DNA of 64,000 bases, from IMG/VR virus record IMGVR_UViG_3300031087_000513; one strand, given 5' to 3'. The stretch is from an uncultured virus (IMG/VR IMGVR_UViG_3300031087_000513) (Duplodnaviria > Heunggongvirae > Uroviricota > Caudoviricetes). Every line of letters starts with the position of its first letter. The stretch's first letter is position 1. The notes below the pieces were generated by a model. That model was not told where the DNA came from. It did no database searches and was given only the letters and a program-made list of their open reading frames with translations. Of this stretch, positions 1 to 9,362 are shown in pieces. The position numbers and the translations under genes are program-made.

Positions 1-546
1 TCAGCCAAAGATGTCGTCATTCAGTTTTTGACGTTCTTTTACTCGTAGCGCCATCAGAAGCTTCCCAAGCTTGTTTTGACCTTCACGAGTCTTCTGATTT
101 TTACCCCAGATTGTGTCGTTCCAGTCGTTGTACTCAACCAACGCTAAATCGGCTGTCCCTAATAGCTTGTCCCTTAGGTCAGGGTGCTGGCCGAACTTCA
201 ATTCTAATGTCCTCCGCATGCACTGCTCAGACATGTTATTCCAGTTCTGAACGTCAATACGAATGCTACGGCCCCAGTATTTTGCTTTCGCAGGAGTGGG
301 AGCCTGCTCTAATGAGCGCAGAGCTGCAACATTGTTTCCAGGCTCTAACGCAGCAGCTACTTTCATTCCTTGGAACACATGTTCACCAGTAGGAAGAGTA
401 AACTGCTCACCACGATACTCAATGGTAACAGGAGCGACGTAGAAGTTACTCAGAAAGAAGTATTCCTCACGGAAACCCTTCTCGGTCTCCTTCATCAAAG
501 GACCAGGGAATGCTGCTGCTACTTCTGCGTCACTCATATTTGTCAT
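1..546 (-). CDS. NADAR (YbiA-like) family protein
   Basis: FLSNFY, T-EHVFQ--K, AK--GR, LKFGQHP-L---LL-T, LVE---W-D-IWG, G-NKLG--LM motifs. Confidence 0.92.
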   Translation of the reverse strand: MTNMSDAEVAAAFPGPLMKETEKGFREEYFFLSNFYVAPVTIEYRGEQFTLPTGEHVFQGMKVAAALEPGNNVAALRSLEQAPTPAKAKYWGRSIRIDVQNWNNMSEQCMRRTLELKFGQHPDLRDKLLGTADLALVEYNDWNDTIWGKNQKTREGQNKLGKLLMALRVKERQKLNDDIFG

Positions 547-614
547 CAACTTTCATCAACAGTAGTCTATATGCTTAGTATATCATCTCTGCGCGGACAC
601 CTCGAAAGAACCAG

Positions 615-643
615 TTGCGAAAGACATGAAAGTTTGCTACGCT
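615..643 (+). promoter_or_regulatory. sigmaA-like promoter TTGCGA-N17-TACGCT
   Basis: Matches the recurring TTGC(A/G)n-N17-TAnnnT pattern with TG extension. Confidence 0.6.
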
Positions 644-685
644 CAGCATGTACCCAAATGGTCCATCAAGGAGAGAAGGAAAACC

Positions 686-1006
686 ATGGCTACTGCTACT
701 GAAACTGAGCAGAAGGTTGCTGAGCGTGTCGCTCGTGAGGTCTTCGGGCTTCTGGATGTGACTGTGACGAAGCACACTCCTGAGAATTGGTCTGACATCT
801 GGTTCCACCTGACGTGGACCTACGAGGAGGTTGTCACCGAGCCGTTCCACCCGAATATGCTCGTCAGCGTTGCAAACGGTTACATCGCAGACCTGCATGA
901 GGGTGACTGGCTGGTGAACGTTGCTGGCGGTGGCTTCCGTAATCAGACGAAGAACCACTACATCGGCCGTATCACCCAGAAGATGATTGACGCTCTTTCC
1001 GAGTAA
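686..1006 (+). CDS. hypothetical protein
   Basis: Strong SD before ATG 686, biased codon usage. Confidence 0.75.
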   Translation: MATATETEQKVAERVAREVFGLLDVTVTKHTPENWSDIWFHLTWTYEEVVTEPFHPNMLVSVANGYIADLHEGDWLVNVAGGGFRNQTKNHYIGRITQKMIDALSE

Positions 1007-1017
1007 GGACAAAGAAC

Positions 1018-1260
1018 ATGAAGAAGATTATCAATACTCTGTACCACCTTTCCGATACCCGTCAGACTGGCAAGTTCATGTCTGCCCTCACTGTGTTGAC
1101 CGCTGCACTGGTTGTGTTCATCATTTCCATTGCTTTCTTCACTTCTCCTAATGGAGTTCAGCTTTTGCAGGGTGGGCTGGCGCTTGCCACCAGCGTTGCA
1201 TGGGGTTGGTTCAGTAAATACCTGTTTGAAGAAATTGACTGGTCCACGCGCACTGCTTAA
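1018..1260 (+). CDS. small two-TM membrane protein
   Basis: Two hydrophobic segments; SD AAGGA. Confidence 0.7.
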   Translation: MKKIINTLYHLSDTRQTGKFMSALTVLTAALVVFIISIAFFTSPNGVQLLQGGLALATSVAWGWFSKYLFEEIDWSTRTA

Positions 1261-1285
1261 TCAGTCATAGGAAGAAGATAGAACA

Positions 1286-1328
1286 AAAAAGGAAGGTGAA
1301 CCTACGAATTAGGTTCACCTTCCTTTTT
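1286..1328. terminator. bidirectional intrinsic terminator
   Basis: Inverted repeat AAAAAGGAAGGTGAACCTA/TAGGTTCACCTTCCTTTTT between convergent genes. Confidence 0.85.
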
Positions 1329-1728
1329 ACATGTCTACTGCACTATCGTCAACACGAACAAGAGCTTCGCTGATGCGCTGCACCTTCGCTCCGCTTCCGA
1401 AACCGTAGATGCTCACTTTACCCAGATGGACTCGTGTAACCACAGCTAATTCAAACATGTTATACCCACGAGTTGGCTGGTAGAGAACAAAATCACCCGT
1501 TCTGAGCTGGTTTCCGAAGATGTCCCAGTACACCAAGTCGGAGTGATGTACGTTTACCGTCAATGGTATCCAGTTATGGTGAGTTGCATGATGTGTCAAA
1601 CGCATGCGTCCGCGTTCACCAGCTGCAATTGCTTCTTCTTTCGTGGATTCATTGATGAATCCACCTGCTCGGATAGTAACTCCGTATTCAAAAAAGAAGG
1701 TAGGGTCTACGGTTTCTCCTTCGTTCAT
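1327..1728 (-). CDS. paralog family A (FEYGV motif, KOW/SH3-like C-terminus)
   Basis: Shares FEYGV, T-EEA--AG-RGRMRL and D--GN-LR-GD-VLY with the next two ORFs. Confidence 0.8.
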   Translation of the reverse strand: MNEGETVDPTFFFEYGVTIRAGGFINESTKEEAIAAGERGRMRLTHHATHHNWIPLTVNVHHSDLVYWDIFGNQLRTGDFVLYQPTRGYNMFELAVVTRVHLGKVSIYGFGSGAKVQRISEALVRVDDSAVDM

Positions 1729-2123
1729 TAGAGCTCAATTCTATCGTGAGGAATAAGGATGACTTCTGCTGGTGGACGATAAATTTTCGTACGTCGGTCA
1801 TCGCTTAATGCTTGCAAGCTTAACTTCTCAGGGAGCATCTTAATGATAACCGCAGGGAGTAAACTAATGTCATCATTAGTGGAGTAAAGAACCATGTCAC
1901 CAGCTCGGAGTTCGTTATCAAACCCATCATGGAAGACGCGATTTGATGCCTGTACGGTGACAGTTGAAGGAACCCAGCCCTCATCGTCATACTGCCGAAT
2001 TTTCACTAAGCGCATTCTACCTCGGTCGCCAGCAGCGTAAGCTTCTTCACGAGTAGATGGATGCTCTGGCTCATCATACCATGCATCACGTGTAGCTTTT
2101 ACCCCGTACTCAAATCTGTACAT
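1728..2123 (-). CDS. paralog family A
   Basis: FEYGV...TREEAYAAGDRGRMRL...DNELRAGDMVLY. Confidence 0.8.
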   Translation of the reverse strand: MYRFEYGVKATRDAWYDEPEHPSTREEAYAAGDRGRMRLVKIRQYDDEGWVPSTVTVQASNRVFHDGFDNELRAGDMVLYSTNDDISLLPAVIIKMLPEKLSLQALSDDRRTKIYRPPAEVILIPHDRIEL

Positions 2124-2128
2124 GCTGC

Positions 2129-2533
2129 TTACTCGCCTTCATCAACCTGGTCGAGCGGGAAGAAGGCAATCTCTTCACTGCGACGAACAACGTCATCATC
2201 ATAGCTGCCAAGAGCATCAATACGAACACCCCGAGCTGTAATGCTGGTGACAATACCGACTTCTAACGCCACAGTGGTAGAGCTGGCGTACATCACGTAG
2301 TCACCTGCGCGGATGGTGTTCCCTGCGAGGTCATGAGTACTCTTTGCGGAACGTGTGATGTTGATGTCGCGGTTAAGTAACCGCCATGCAGGTCTTCTGC
2401 TGGAACCGATGATCCGAACCCGACCGCTCGTACCAGATTCCATAGCTTCTGTTTTTGTGGTAGGTGTAACATCACTCCATCGAGGGTGACCGTACCCTGC
2501 GTTTGCTACGACTCCATATTCAAAGCGAATCAT
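2129..2533 (-). CDS. paralog family A
   Basis: FEYGV...TKTEAMESGTSGRVRI...GNTIRAGDYVMY. Confidence 0.8.
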   Translation of the reverse strand: MIRFEYGVVANAGYGHPRWSDVTPTTKTEAMESGTSGRVRIIGSSRRPAWRLLNRDINITRSAKSTHDLAGNTIRAGDYVMYASSTTVALEVGIVTSITARGVRIDALGSYDDDVVRRSEEIAFFPLDQVDEGE

Positions 2534-2536
2534 AAC

Positions 2537-2764
2537 TCAGGCTCCTGTTCCGAAGTACTTCGACTGAATCTGCTCCCAAAACGGGTCCCAGGACTCTACG
2601 GCGTTCGTATAGGTGCCATCAATGACCTGGTTCGTAACGAAGTGAACAAAATCGCCGATGATGTCACTTGCACCAATAGGGTCCATACCCTTTTCAAATT
2701 CAGCATAGTCACCTGCCTCAACCTGTGCACTCATGATATCTTTTCTCAGCTGTGTCGTATCCAT
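2537..2764 (-). CDS. hypothetical protein, leaderless
   Basis: TGGTATAAT directly upstream of ATG; first gene of operon. Confidence 0.7.
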   Translation of the reverse strand: MDTTQLRKDIMSAQVEAGDYAEFEKGMDPIGASDIIGDFVHFVTNQVIDGTYTNAVESWDPFWEQIQSKYFGTGA

Positions 2765-2797
2765 ATCATCTATTATACCAGATGAGACACGTTAATG

Positions 2798-2834
2798 GAA
2801 GAAGGGACCCTGAGCTTTCCAGGGTCCCTTCTTC
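2798..2834. terminator. intrinsic terminator
   Basis: GAAGAAGGGACCCTG/CAGGGTCCCTTCTTC hairpin downstream of the 2846-3985 gene. Confidence 0.8.
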
Positions 2835-2845
2835 GTGCTTGCAAC

Positions 2846-3985
2846 TTAGTCCTGAGGAGCCAGAGCCTTGTGCTGCTCACGGAAGCGAGTGTAACGACGC
2901 AGGTTCATCCGACGAGTCTGCAAAACCGTTGCCGCATCCTGAGTACCCTCACCGCTGTTCGCCTTTTCAATTGCCCGCTGGTGACGCATGAGAAGGTTGT
3001 GGTAGTTGTCCTCGTACGAGTCAACCAGCGTTTCGTACCGCTCAACCTCAATTGCATGGTTGGACAAGGTAAACACCCGACGACGCTCGTTGCGGGCCTG
3101 ACGCTTCGCCTGCTTATACGTGTCAATAACAGCAGCAGGGGCAGAACCCTTCTGCAAAACCAGGTCACTTACGTTGTCCAGGGAGTTGACAAGTGCCTTG
3201 ACCTCATCAGACGGAGAGTTGCGGAATCCATCAAGGATAGCCTCCCAAATGTCAACACCAAGCTTGTAGTGGAAAAGGTTCGTCTGAGCGCGGTGTGCGT
3301 TCAAGATGTGCTTCTTTGCCTGCTCCGCAGTCAGGTTCGGGTTCTTCTCCAAGCCCACAGCATACCCAGTGGATGCAGCCTGGTCCAGCTTCTCTGTGTC
3401 AGCAGTGGTGGACAGGACACTCTCCGTCACCAGGTGCGTGTAGTCAGAAACAGCGGAGCTGCGTCGGTGGTACTCCACAGTGCGAAGGTACTCAGTCTGA
3501 CGAACAAGTGCGTCCCACGCCTCCTGCTCAAGGCTCTCGTCATAACCGTACTCATCAATGTACAGCCCAACAATACTGACAGCGGTTGGTGCGAAGAAGT
3601 CAGCCTGCTGGCGAACCTTTGCAAGCAGTTCATCATGCGTCACAATGTCATGGCGGTGAGCGAAGTACAGAAAAGCACCGACCGTGGTGTCCTTGGCCAG
3701 AGTGTAACGGATGGCTCGTTCGGGAGCATCAATGCTGGGGTACTCATCTACCGAGTACGGGTTCACACGAGAAAACAGAACGTCGTAGGTGCGAACATCA
3801 GCGTTCGGGTTGTCCATCAGGGTGCGGAAGTTCCAGCTCGTGATGTCCTTAGCGTTCGTTGCAGCAATGAGGATAACCTCAGGGTCGGTCAGGTTCTCAA
3901 TCACGTCTGAGAACTTCTTATCATCAAAGCTCTGGCCCAGAACCTTCGCAAGTTCAAGAGCCTCGTTCTGTACTGCCGTAGTCAT
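2846..3985 (-). CDS. hypothetical helical protein (379 aa)
   Basis: Long ORF, SD AAGGAG, TTGCAT-type promoter upstream, high GC3. Confidence 0.85.
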   Translation of the reverse strand: MTTAVQNEALELAKVLGQSFDDKKFSDVIENLTDPEVILIAATNAKDITSWNFRTLMDNPNADVRTYDVLFSRVNPYSVDEYPSIDAPERAIRYTLAKDTTVGAFLYFAHRHDIVTHDELLAKVRQQADFFAPTAVSIVGLYIDEYGYDESLEQEAWDALVRQTEYLRTVEYHRRSSAVSDYTHLVTESVLSTTADTEKLDQAASTGYAVGLEKNPNLTAEQAKKHILNAHRAQTNLFHYKLGVDIWEAILDGFRNSPSDEVKALVNSLDNVSDLVLQKGSAPAAVIDTYKQAKRQARNERRRVFTLSNHAIEVERYETLVDSYEDNYHNLLMRHQRAIEKANSGEGTQDAATVLQTRRMNLRRYTRFREQHKALAPQD

Positions 3986-4124
3986 TTTTTCTCCTTGTAG
4001 TGACTGTCAAGCGGGTCAGATAAGTAGAACCTATCACAGTAGACCTAAGGATGCAACCCGCTCGTCTAAAACATTTGTGGCCTGCACCCAATACAGATAC
4101 AGGCCACAAATGGGACATAGATTT

Positions 4125-4910
4125 TTACAGCTTCACCAGACGGTCTGCGTTCTGGTGGTGGCGCTCAACGAAGTTCACATCAGGCTTCCGCAGTTCACCG
4201 TAGTTCAGAACGATGTACAGTGGGAACCATCCCTTCGTGTAGGACGTGATGGTCTTCCGCAGAGCATACGAGTAAGCAACACGAGGATTCACCGTGTAAT
4301 CCGAAGGGATAATACGACGCTCCAACGCAGTAGCGTACACCTCTTCACGGACAAGCTGATGCTTGGTCTCTTCACTCATTGCCTCAAACTTGGAGCGGTC
4401 AACAGCAACCTGATGACCGTCACGAAGAATCTCGTTGAACAGCGGGACACCATTCTCACGGTAGGCAACCGAAGCATGAATGGTGTCATGCTCATACGTA
4501 CGGTTCACGTTCGGGTTGAAGAACTCATCAGGGGAGAGTTCCAGGTTTGCCTTCTTCTTGCCATGAGTCTCAACCCAGATAGGATAGAGGATGGCATGCA
4601 GTTCAGGCAGGAACTGTGCGCCTGCTTCCTGCATCTTTACGATGTCAAACATGTGCTTGTCCCAGGAGCCGTTCTTCAACTCCCAGAACGAGTGAGAAAT
4701 CTTCAACGTGAACAGCTCGTCCAGGGAAGCGACTTCGCCAGACCAGTCCCACTCAGCAAGAGCAGGATGCGTAAAGGAGTCAATCCCCCGCTGCTTGTCC
4801 TCTGCAAGCTCCTCCGCGGTCGGGTTCACCAGAAGATAGTCAATATCCTTCGGCTCCCGCGTCTGCGGCAGGTGATGAGCCATAGCAGTAGACCCGACAA
4901 GTACCTTCAT
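4125..4910 (-). CDS. phage-type Pol-beta-like nucleotidyltransferase
   Basis: N-terminal hGS-x(13)-DxD motif (VLVGSTAM...PKDIDY); FF...V-R-Y-HD-IH segment. Confidence 0.75.
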   Translation of the reverse strand: MKVLVGSTAMAHHLPQTREPKDIDYLLVNPTAEELAEDKQRGIDSFTHPALAEWDWSGEVASLDELFTLKISHSFWELKNGSWDKHMFDIVKMQEAGAQFLPELHAILYPIWVETHGKKKANLELSPDEFFNPNVNRTYEHDTIHASVAYRENGVPLFNEILRDGHQVAVDRSKFEAMSEETKHQLVREEVYATALERRIIPSDYTVNPRVAYSYALRKTITSYTKGWFPLYIVLNYGELRKPDVNFVERHHQNADRLVKL

Positions 4911-4995
4911 TGTTTCTCTCCTCATACGAAAACGTTGTTAGTTCTACCTTAGCAGACACGTTAGTTCTACGCAACCCGTTTCACGAGGAAACACT

Positions 4996-5337
4996 TCAGT
5001 CTGCGGTTGGTACTGCGTCATACACAGTCATCATGACCTGCCGAGGAACGACAGGGTAGAGTGTTCCGAACGTCCAATCATCGCCTTCATATGAGGAGTA
5101 AGAACCAGTGAGTTTGAGGAGTGTGTCATCGTTTTCGAGGCGGAAGATAACATAGATACCGCTGATACCAGCACCTTCCTCACCTAACCTGTCATCAACA
5201 GCAATAGCTTTCTGCTCAAACCCTTCCAGAACAGCTTCCTTCTGGTATTCCAGCGCATCAGCAAAGTCTTCCGCACCGTTACGCCCATATGCTTTGATTG
5301 CCTTATGGATTGCTTCCACCTGAGAACGTGTATACAT
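4996..5337 (-). CDS. acidic paralog family B
   Basis: GEEGAG...YVIFRL...KLTGSYSSYEGDDW. Confidence 0.85.
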   Translation of the reverse strand: MYTRSQVEAIHKAIKAYGRNGAEDFADALEYQKEAVLEGFEQKAIAVDDRLGEEGAGISGIYVIFRLENDDTLLKLTGSYSSYEGDDWTFGTLYPVVPRQVMMTVYDAVPTAD

Positions 5338-5735
5338 TAGTGGTCTTCTTTCTTCGTGATAGGAGTAATGATAACATGTAGAATTTCTTCAACATGGACT
5401 GCAACTTCATGGGTTGTATTGACGTTCCAGAAAATGATGTCAGGATTCGGTCCACGGATACCTTCTACCTTGAAATACTGGTCACCAACACTGAACACCA
5501 GCCAGACCGGCCATCCAGGAGCTTCCACGCCTAAATCATTCGCATAGTGCATTGCTTCGTCTAAACCTGGTAAGGGTACAGGGTCAGCATTCCAGAACGT
5601 GTCAGGATTCCCGTCTAACAGCGTAGGGAAGAACAAGTACTGTTCGTTTCTGGCTAATGCAGCCAGACCTGAATTATATTTGTTGATAGCGATGATGACA
5701 TCAACGGCATTGATATGCGATGGCATCTGACTCAT
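5337..5735 (-). CDS. paralog family B (divergent)
   Basis: LPGL...WLVFSVGDQYFKVEG...W. Confidence 0.8.
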   Translation of the reverse strand: MSQMPSHINAVDVIIAINKYNSGLAALARNEQYLFFPTLLDGNPDTFWNADPVPLPGLDEAMHYANDLGVEAPGWPVWLVFSVGDQYFKVEGIRGPNPDIIFWNVNTTHEVAVHVEEILHVIITPITKKEDH

Positions 5736-6145
5736 CCGAGCGGCTCATAGACAGGATTCTCTATGTCCCCTGCAACATCATGTACTTCCTGAACACTGAG
5801 CCTATCCCAATCAACGACAGGTGAGTTCAGGCGTGCTTCATGAGTGCCAATTACGTGGAACAGCTGGCCTGCAACTTCAAACACAACCTGTAAGCTTGTT
5901 TCCCAGACGTTCACAGCTACCCGCTTCACTTCACCTAAACCAGGAAGAGAAGGGCGAGCGTGGTCAAAATAATGTGCAATAAGCTCATAAAAGAATGGGT
6001 AGTCAAGTTCATACGCATCCGCAGCAGCGAAATGCCGTTCTTCAACACTCAGGTTGCTACGTTGATGTTCATTGCGCTGTCGAGCTTGCTCATCATACAG
6101 CTCAATTGCTACCTTCACTTGGTCCGCAGTGTATATATTGCTCAT
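5732..6145 (-). CDS. paralog family B (divergent)
   Basis: LPGLGEV...VVFEVAGQLFHVIG...W. Confidence 0.8.
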   Translation of the reverse strand: MSNIYTADQVKVAIELYDEQARQRNEHQRSNLSVEERHFAAADAYELDYPFFYELIAHYFDHARPSLPGLGEVKRVAVNVWETSLQVVFEVAGQLFHVIGTHEARLNSPVVDWDRLSVQEVHDVAGDIENPVYEPLG

Positions 6146-6172
6146 AGGATTTTCCTAATGCTCATCAACCGC

Positions 6173-6787
6173 TTAACGAGCTTCGTGTTCAATCAAATAA
6201 TTGGGAGTAACTTCACCCTGAATATTATGCCCACTCCACAGACGGTACGCCTCATTATCACCAGCGACAAAAAAGACCATGGTCAGTAGCGGCCATTGCT
6301 CAACAAAAATACGACTCAGTGGTCCAATGGCTGGAACATCTACAACAACTTCTTTGTCTTCATCCTGAGTGAACTCATCCATGAGCTTCTGCAGGCCGTA
6401 AGCATCAATCGCTGCGTAAAGGGCTTGCTCGCTAAACTTTTTTGAACCCTGAGGGTCTTCCTGAGCATACTCCTGGTAGTCGGCATCTTCCACCACAGGA
6501 AGCTCAGTGACTTTACGGAAGCTTTCAACTTCCCATGCTACACCCTGAGTTGAAGCCTGGAATGTGCCATCAATGCGGTACGATTCAACAGAATCGCCAT
6601 TGCTATCCTCTACATGGAACACAATCCAGCAATGATTATCAGCCGGCTGATATGACATATGAGCAGTGTCAAGGACTGCGGTTCCAACTGTACCCACCTT
6701 GATGTTCAGGTCACGGGTCAACTGGTTAACAAACAGCTCAAATCCCCAGGTATCAAACCATTGGGCAAGTGCGGTAAATGTATTCAT
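6173..6787 (-). CDS. paralog family B, two tandem domains
   Basis: WIVFHV...YRIDG followed by second unit MVFFVAG...YRLWS. Confidence 0.75.
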   Translation of the reverse strand: MNTFTALAQWFDTWGFELFVNQLTRDLNIKVGTVGTAVLDTAHMSYQPADNHCWIVFHVEDSNGDSVESYRIDGTFQASTQGVAWEVESFRKVTELPVVEDADYQEYAQEDPQGSKKFSEQALYAAIDAYGLQKLMDEFTQDEDKEVVVDVPAIGPLSRIFVEQWPLLTMVFFVAGDNEAYRLWSGHNIQGEVTPNYLIEHEAR

Positions 6788-6897
6788 TTCGTCAATCCTT
6801 CAATGCAATAAATTATCACTCTCATCATACCATAGAATTAATGAAAAAGGAACCTACCCAGTGAACAGGTAAGTTCCTTTTCCATTATATGAAGAGA

Positions 6898-7245
6898 TTA
6901 CTCAACAGTCTCGTAGACAATGATGGTCTTTTCCACAGGGACAACTGCTTGCAGACTGTTAGCATACCAGCGGTCAGAATCGTATGAGTCGTAAGTACCT
7001 TCAATACGATAAAGGTTATCGCCAACGCGGAACACAAGGGTCATCGCCTCAGTTCCACCCTCACCGCCACCTTCGCTATCAACATACGTAGCGATGCCGA
7101 TTCCAGGAAGCTCAGCCGTGGCAGGGTCCTGTCGCCAGGAACTCTCAATGGCCTCTGCAAACTCGTTCGCGTCACCCTCCCAGCTGTCTTCATTCGCATT
7201 GCCATACGTACGAATAGCTTGCTTGATTTCATTCAAAGTTGCCAT
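6898..7245 (-). CDS. acidic paralog family B
   Basis: LPGIGIATYVD-EGGGEGG...LVFRVGDNLYRIEGTYDSYD. Confidence 0.85.
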   Translation of the reverse strand: MATLNEIKQAIRTYGNANEDSWEGDANEFAEAIESSWRQDPATAELPGIGIATYVDSEGGGEGGTEAMTLVFRVGDNLYRIEGTYDSYDSDRWYANSLQAVVPVEKTIIVYETVE

Positions 7246-7352
7246 AGTTATACTCTCCTCATTCATAATGTTTATACTTACAATAGCATATTTTTAGGGA
7301 AAATGAAAGCCCATGTCAATCTGCGACATGGGCTTTCAGAAGTTTTTACAGG

Positions 7353-7694
7353 TTACTCAACAGGCTTGTAATCGATGATGGTACGCTCGTACGGCATCAC
7401 AGCATGCATGCCGTCAGTGCTCCATTCGCTACCATCGTAGGAGTTGTAGTAACCAGTAATGCGGTACATGTTCTCACCAAGCTGGAAGACAACCCACACA
7501 TCCTCGCCACCGCCCTCTTCACCGTACTTACCGTCCTGGTAAACAGCAGTGCCGATTCCATCCAGCTCAACCTCAGGGTTAGTGTTTTCAGAGCGCCAGA
7601 CAGGCTCAAGAGCCTGCGCGAATCCGTTGGTACCACTGTTGTACCCGTTACCATACGCCTGGATTGCGTTCTTGATTTCTGCGATGGTTGCCAT
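7353..7694 (-). CDS. acidic paralog family B
   Basis: GEEGGGEDVWVVFQLGENMYRITGYYNSYDGSEW. Confidence 0.85.
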   Translation of the reverse strand: MATIAEIKNAIQAYGNGYNSGTNGFAQALEPVWRSENTNPEVELDGIGTAVYQDGKYGEEGGGEDVWVVFQLGENMYRITGYYNSYDGSEWSTDGMHAVMPYERTIIDYKPVE

Positions 7695-7732
7695 ATTCTT
7701 CTCTCTTACTGTTGATTTTCCGTTGTCGGAGT

Positions 7733-8065
7733 TTACTTTACCACAGGTGAAGTCGTGTCTGCAACCTCTACCAACTGTCCGCCGTGTCGCGCTTCCCAAC
7801 TAACATCACGGTCATCCTGTCCCGCTTCAAGGCGATACTGCTTGTCACCCAGAGAGAACACCAACCACGTGGGTTCGTCGGTGTGCGCCTCAATATGACT
7901 GTCCACATAGGTCGCTACACCAACTGTTGGGAAGTAATATTCATCAGTGTAGTTGAACTGGTCAACAAAATCCCATGCGTCATCAACGCCATCATTGTAC
8001 GGGTCACGGATTTCCTTCTCAACAGCTTCCACTGTAAGAGCATCTCGGGACATAGAATCACTCAT
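7733..8065 (-). CDS. acidic paralog family B (divergent)
   Basis: VGVATYVD...WLVFSLGDKQYRLEA. Confidence 0.8.
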   Translation of the reverse strand: MSDSMSRDALTVEAVEKEIRDPYNDGVDDAWDFVDQFNYTDEYYFPTVGVATYVDSHIEAHTDEPTWLVFSLGDKQYRLEAGQDDRDVSWEARHGGQLVEVADTTSPVVK

Positions 8066-8071
8066 CGCTCA

Positions 8072-8431
8072 TCACCAACCCCAAGGTTCAGCCTCAGGGG
8101 CCGTAGGAACTGGGTCAGTCTCACCACGAGGCTGCGCGACAGGAGTGAACACGTATGTGATTTTCTCTTCCTTTGTTACCTCAGTCAGCGAGTCATCCCA
8201 CTCAGGAGCGTCATAGGAGTCGTTGTATCCACTCAGCTGGTAATACTTCTCACCAACCTGGAACACAATCCAGATAGAGGAAACATCATATCCAGGCTGC
8301 TCACCATCAATATACGTGACAGTCCCCAGGCCATCAATCTCCACGCTGGTGTTTTCCAGACGGTACGCAAACTCATTCAAGTCAGGTTCGTGAGCTGTGA
8401 TAGCTGCTAAAATTTCATTAGGTGTTGGCAT
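8072..8431 (-). CDS. acidic paralog family B
   Basis: IDGLGTVTYID...WIVFQVGEKYYQLSGYNDSYDAPEW. Confidence 0.85.
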   Translation of the reverse strand: MPTPNEILAAITAHEPDLNEFAYRLENTSVEIDGLGTVTYIDGEQPGYDVSSIWIVFQVGEKYYQLSGYNDSYDAPEWDDSLTEVTKEEKITYVFTPVAQPRGETDPVPTAPEAEPWGW

Positions 8432-8437
8432 AGCCCT

Positions 8438-8812
8438 TTACTTTCCTTCGCTGTTTGTGTATGACACAGAGGTCACGACAGAAGAAGTGACCTCTTCAAT
8501 ATCGCCCCACTCGTATCCGTCAATGTCGTTGAGGCCCTTGATGCGGTACACCTTGTCATCCAGGTGGAAGACTACGCTGATAGGCACTCCATACCCCTCA
8601 TCATCGCCGTAAGTGGGAATTTTCTGCTTGTCAATGCAGGCTGCAATGCCTACACCAGGGATTTCCACCTGGGAACCATCAAGCCAGCTTCCAGGCTTCG
8701 TAGTGTCGTAGTAACCATCAAAGAGGCAAGCGGCAAAGTTGTCCAACGCAGACCCCTTGTAAGTCGGCTCAATGCGCTCGATACCTGCCATAATTTCAGC
8801 AATAGTTGCCAT
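8438..8812 (-). CDS. acidic paralog family B
   Basis: IPGVGIAACID...VVFHLDDKVYRIKGLNDIDGYEW. Confidence 0.85.
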   Translation of the reverse strand: MATIAEIMAGIERIEPTYKGSALDNFAACLFDGYYDTTKPGSWLDGSQVEIPGVGIAACIDKQKIPTYGDDEGYGVPISVVFHLDDKVYRIKGLNDIDGYEWGDIEEVTSSVVTSVSYTNSEGK

Positions 8813-8970
8813 GTGATTCTCTTCTCCTTAGTATGAAAAACTCTGAACTTTCTACGTATCAATCCTACCACATTTCAGTGAAATTTTCAAGGAGCAACCT
8901 GTTGCATGGAAGATGAAGGTGTGGTACGTTGGGTCAGTACAGAAGAGATTTTTACACAAGGAGAGAAACC

Positions 8971-9297
8971 ATGATTGAGACCCAGGCTACAATTCCGAAC
9001 CTGTCAATGATTCCTGCTGAGGAGCTGGAAGCTTTGCGAGAGAAGATGTCTACTGAGACGGTGAAGCTTCTGAATCAGGAGCTTGTTCCGAAGCTTCGTG
9101 AGATGTCCAAGTACCAGGGTCCTGTTGAACTGATTGCGGAGCCGAAGTTCTCCTTTGAAGAGGAGGACGATAAGTGGGTTTTCAAGCAGACTGTCAATGT
9201 CACCCTGAATCTGCCTATCCCTGCTCCTGATGACATCTTTGCTCAGGTAGAGCAGACCATCTTCCGCGAGCTGTTTAACCGCTGCATCGCTAAGTAG
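8971..9297 (+). CDS. hypothetical protein
   Basis: Promoter TTGCAT(8902)-N17-TACGTT, SD AAGGAGAGA. Confidence 0.75.
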   Translation: MIETQATIPNLSMIPAEELEALREKMSTETVKLLNQELVPKLREMSKYQGPVELIAEPKFSFEEEDDKWVFKQTVNVTLNLPIPAPDDIFAQVEQTIFRELFNRCIAK

Positions 9298-9305
9298 TGA
9301 CCAAT

Positions 9306-9348
9306 ATGAGTAAGGCCCCAACCTGATACAGGTTGGGGCCTTACTCAT
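9306..9348. terminator. bidirectional terminator
   Basis: ATGAGTAAGGCCCCAACCTG/CAGGTTGGGGCCTTACTCAT between convergent genes. Confidence 0.85.
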
Positions 9349-9362
9349 TGCCTTAGGACGTA

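Noticed and set aside
2795..4952. Long plus-strand ORFs 2795-3910 and 3789-4952
   Set aside because: Antisense shadows of high-GC3 minus-strand genes that have SDs, promoters and motifs.
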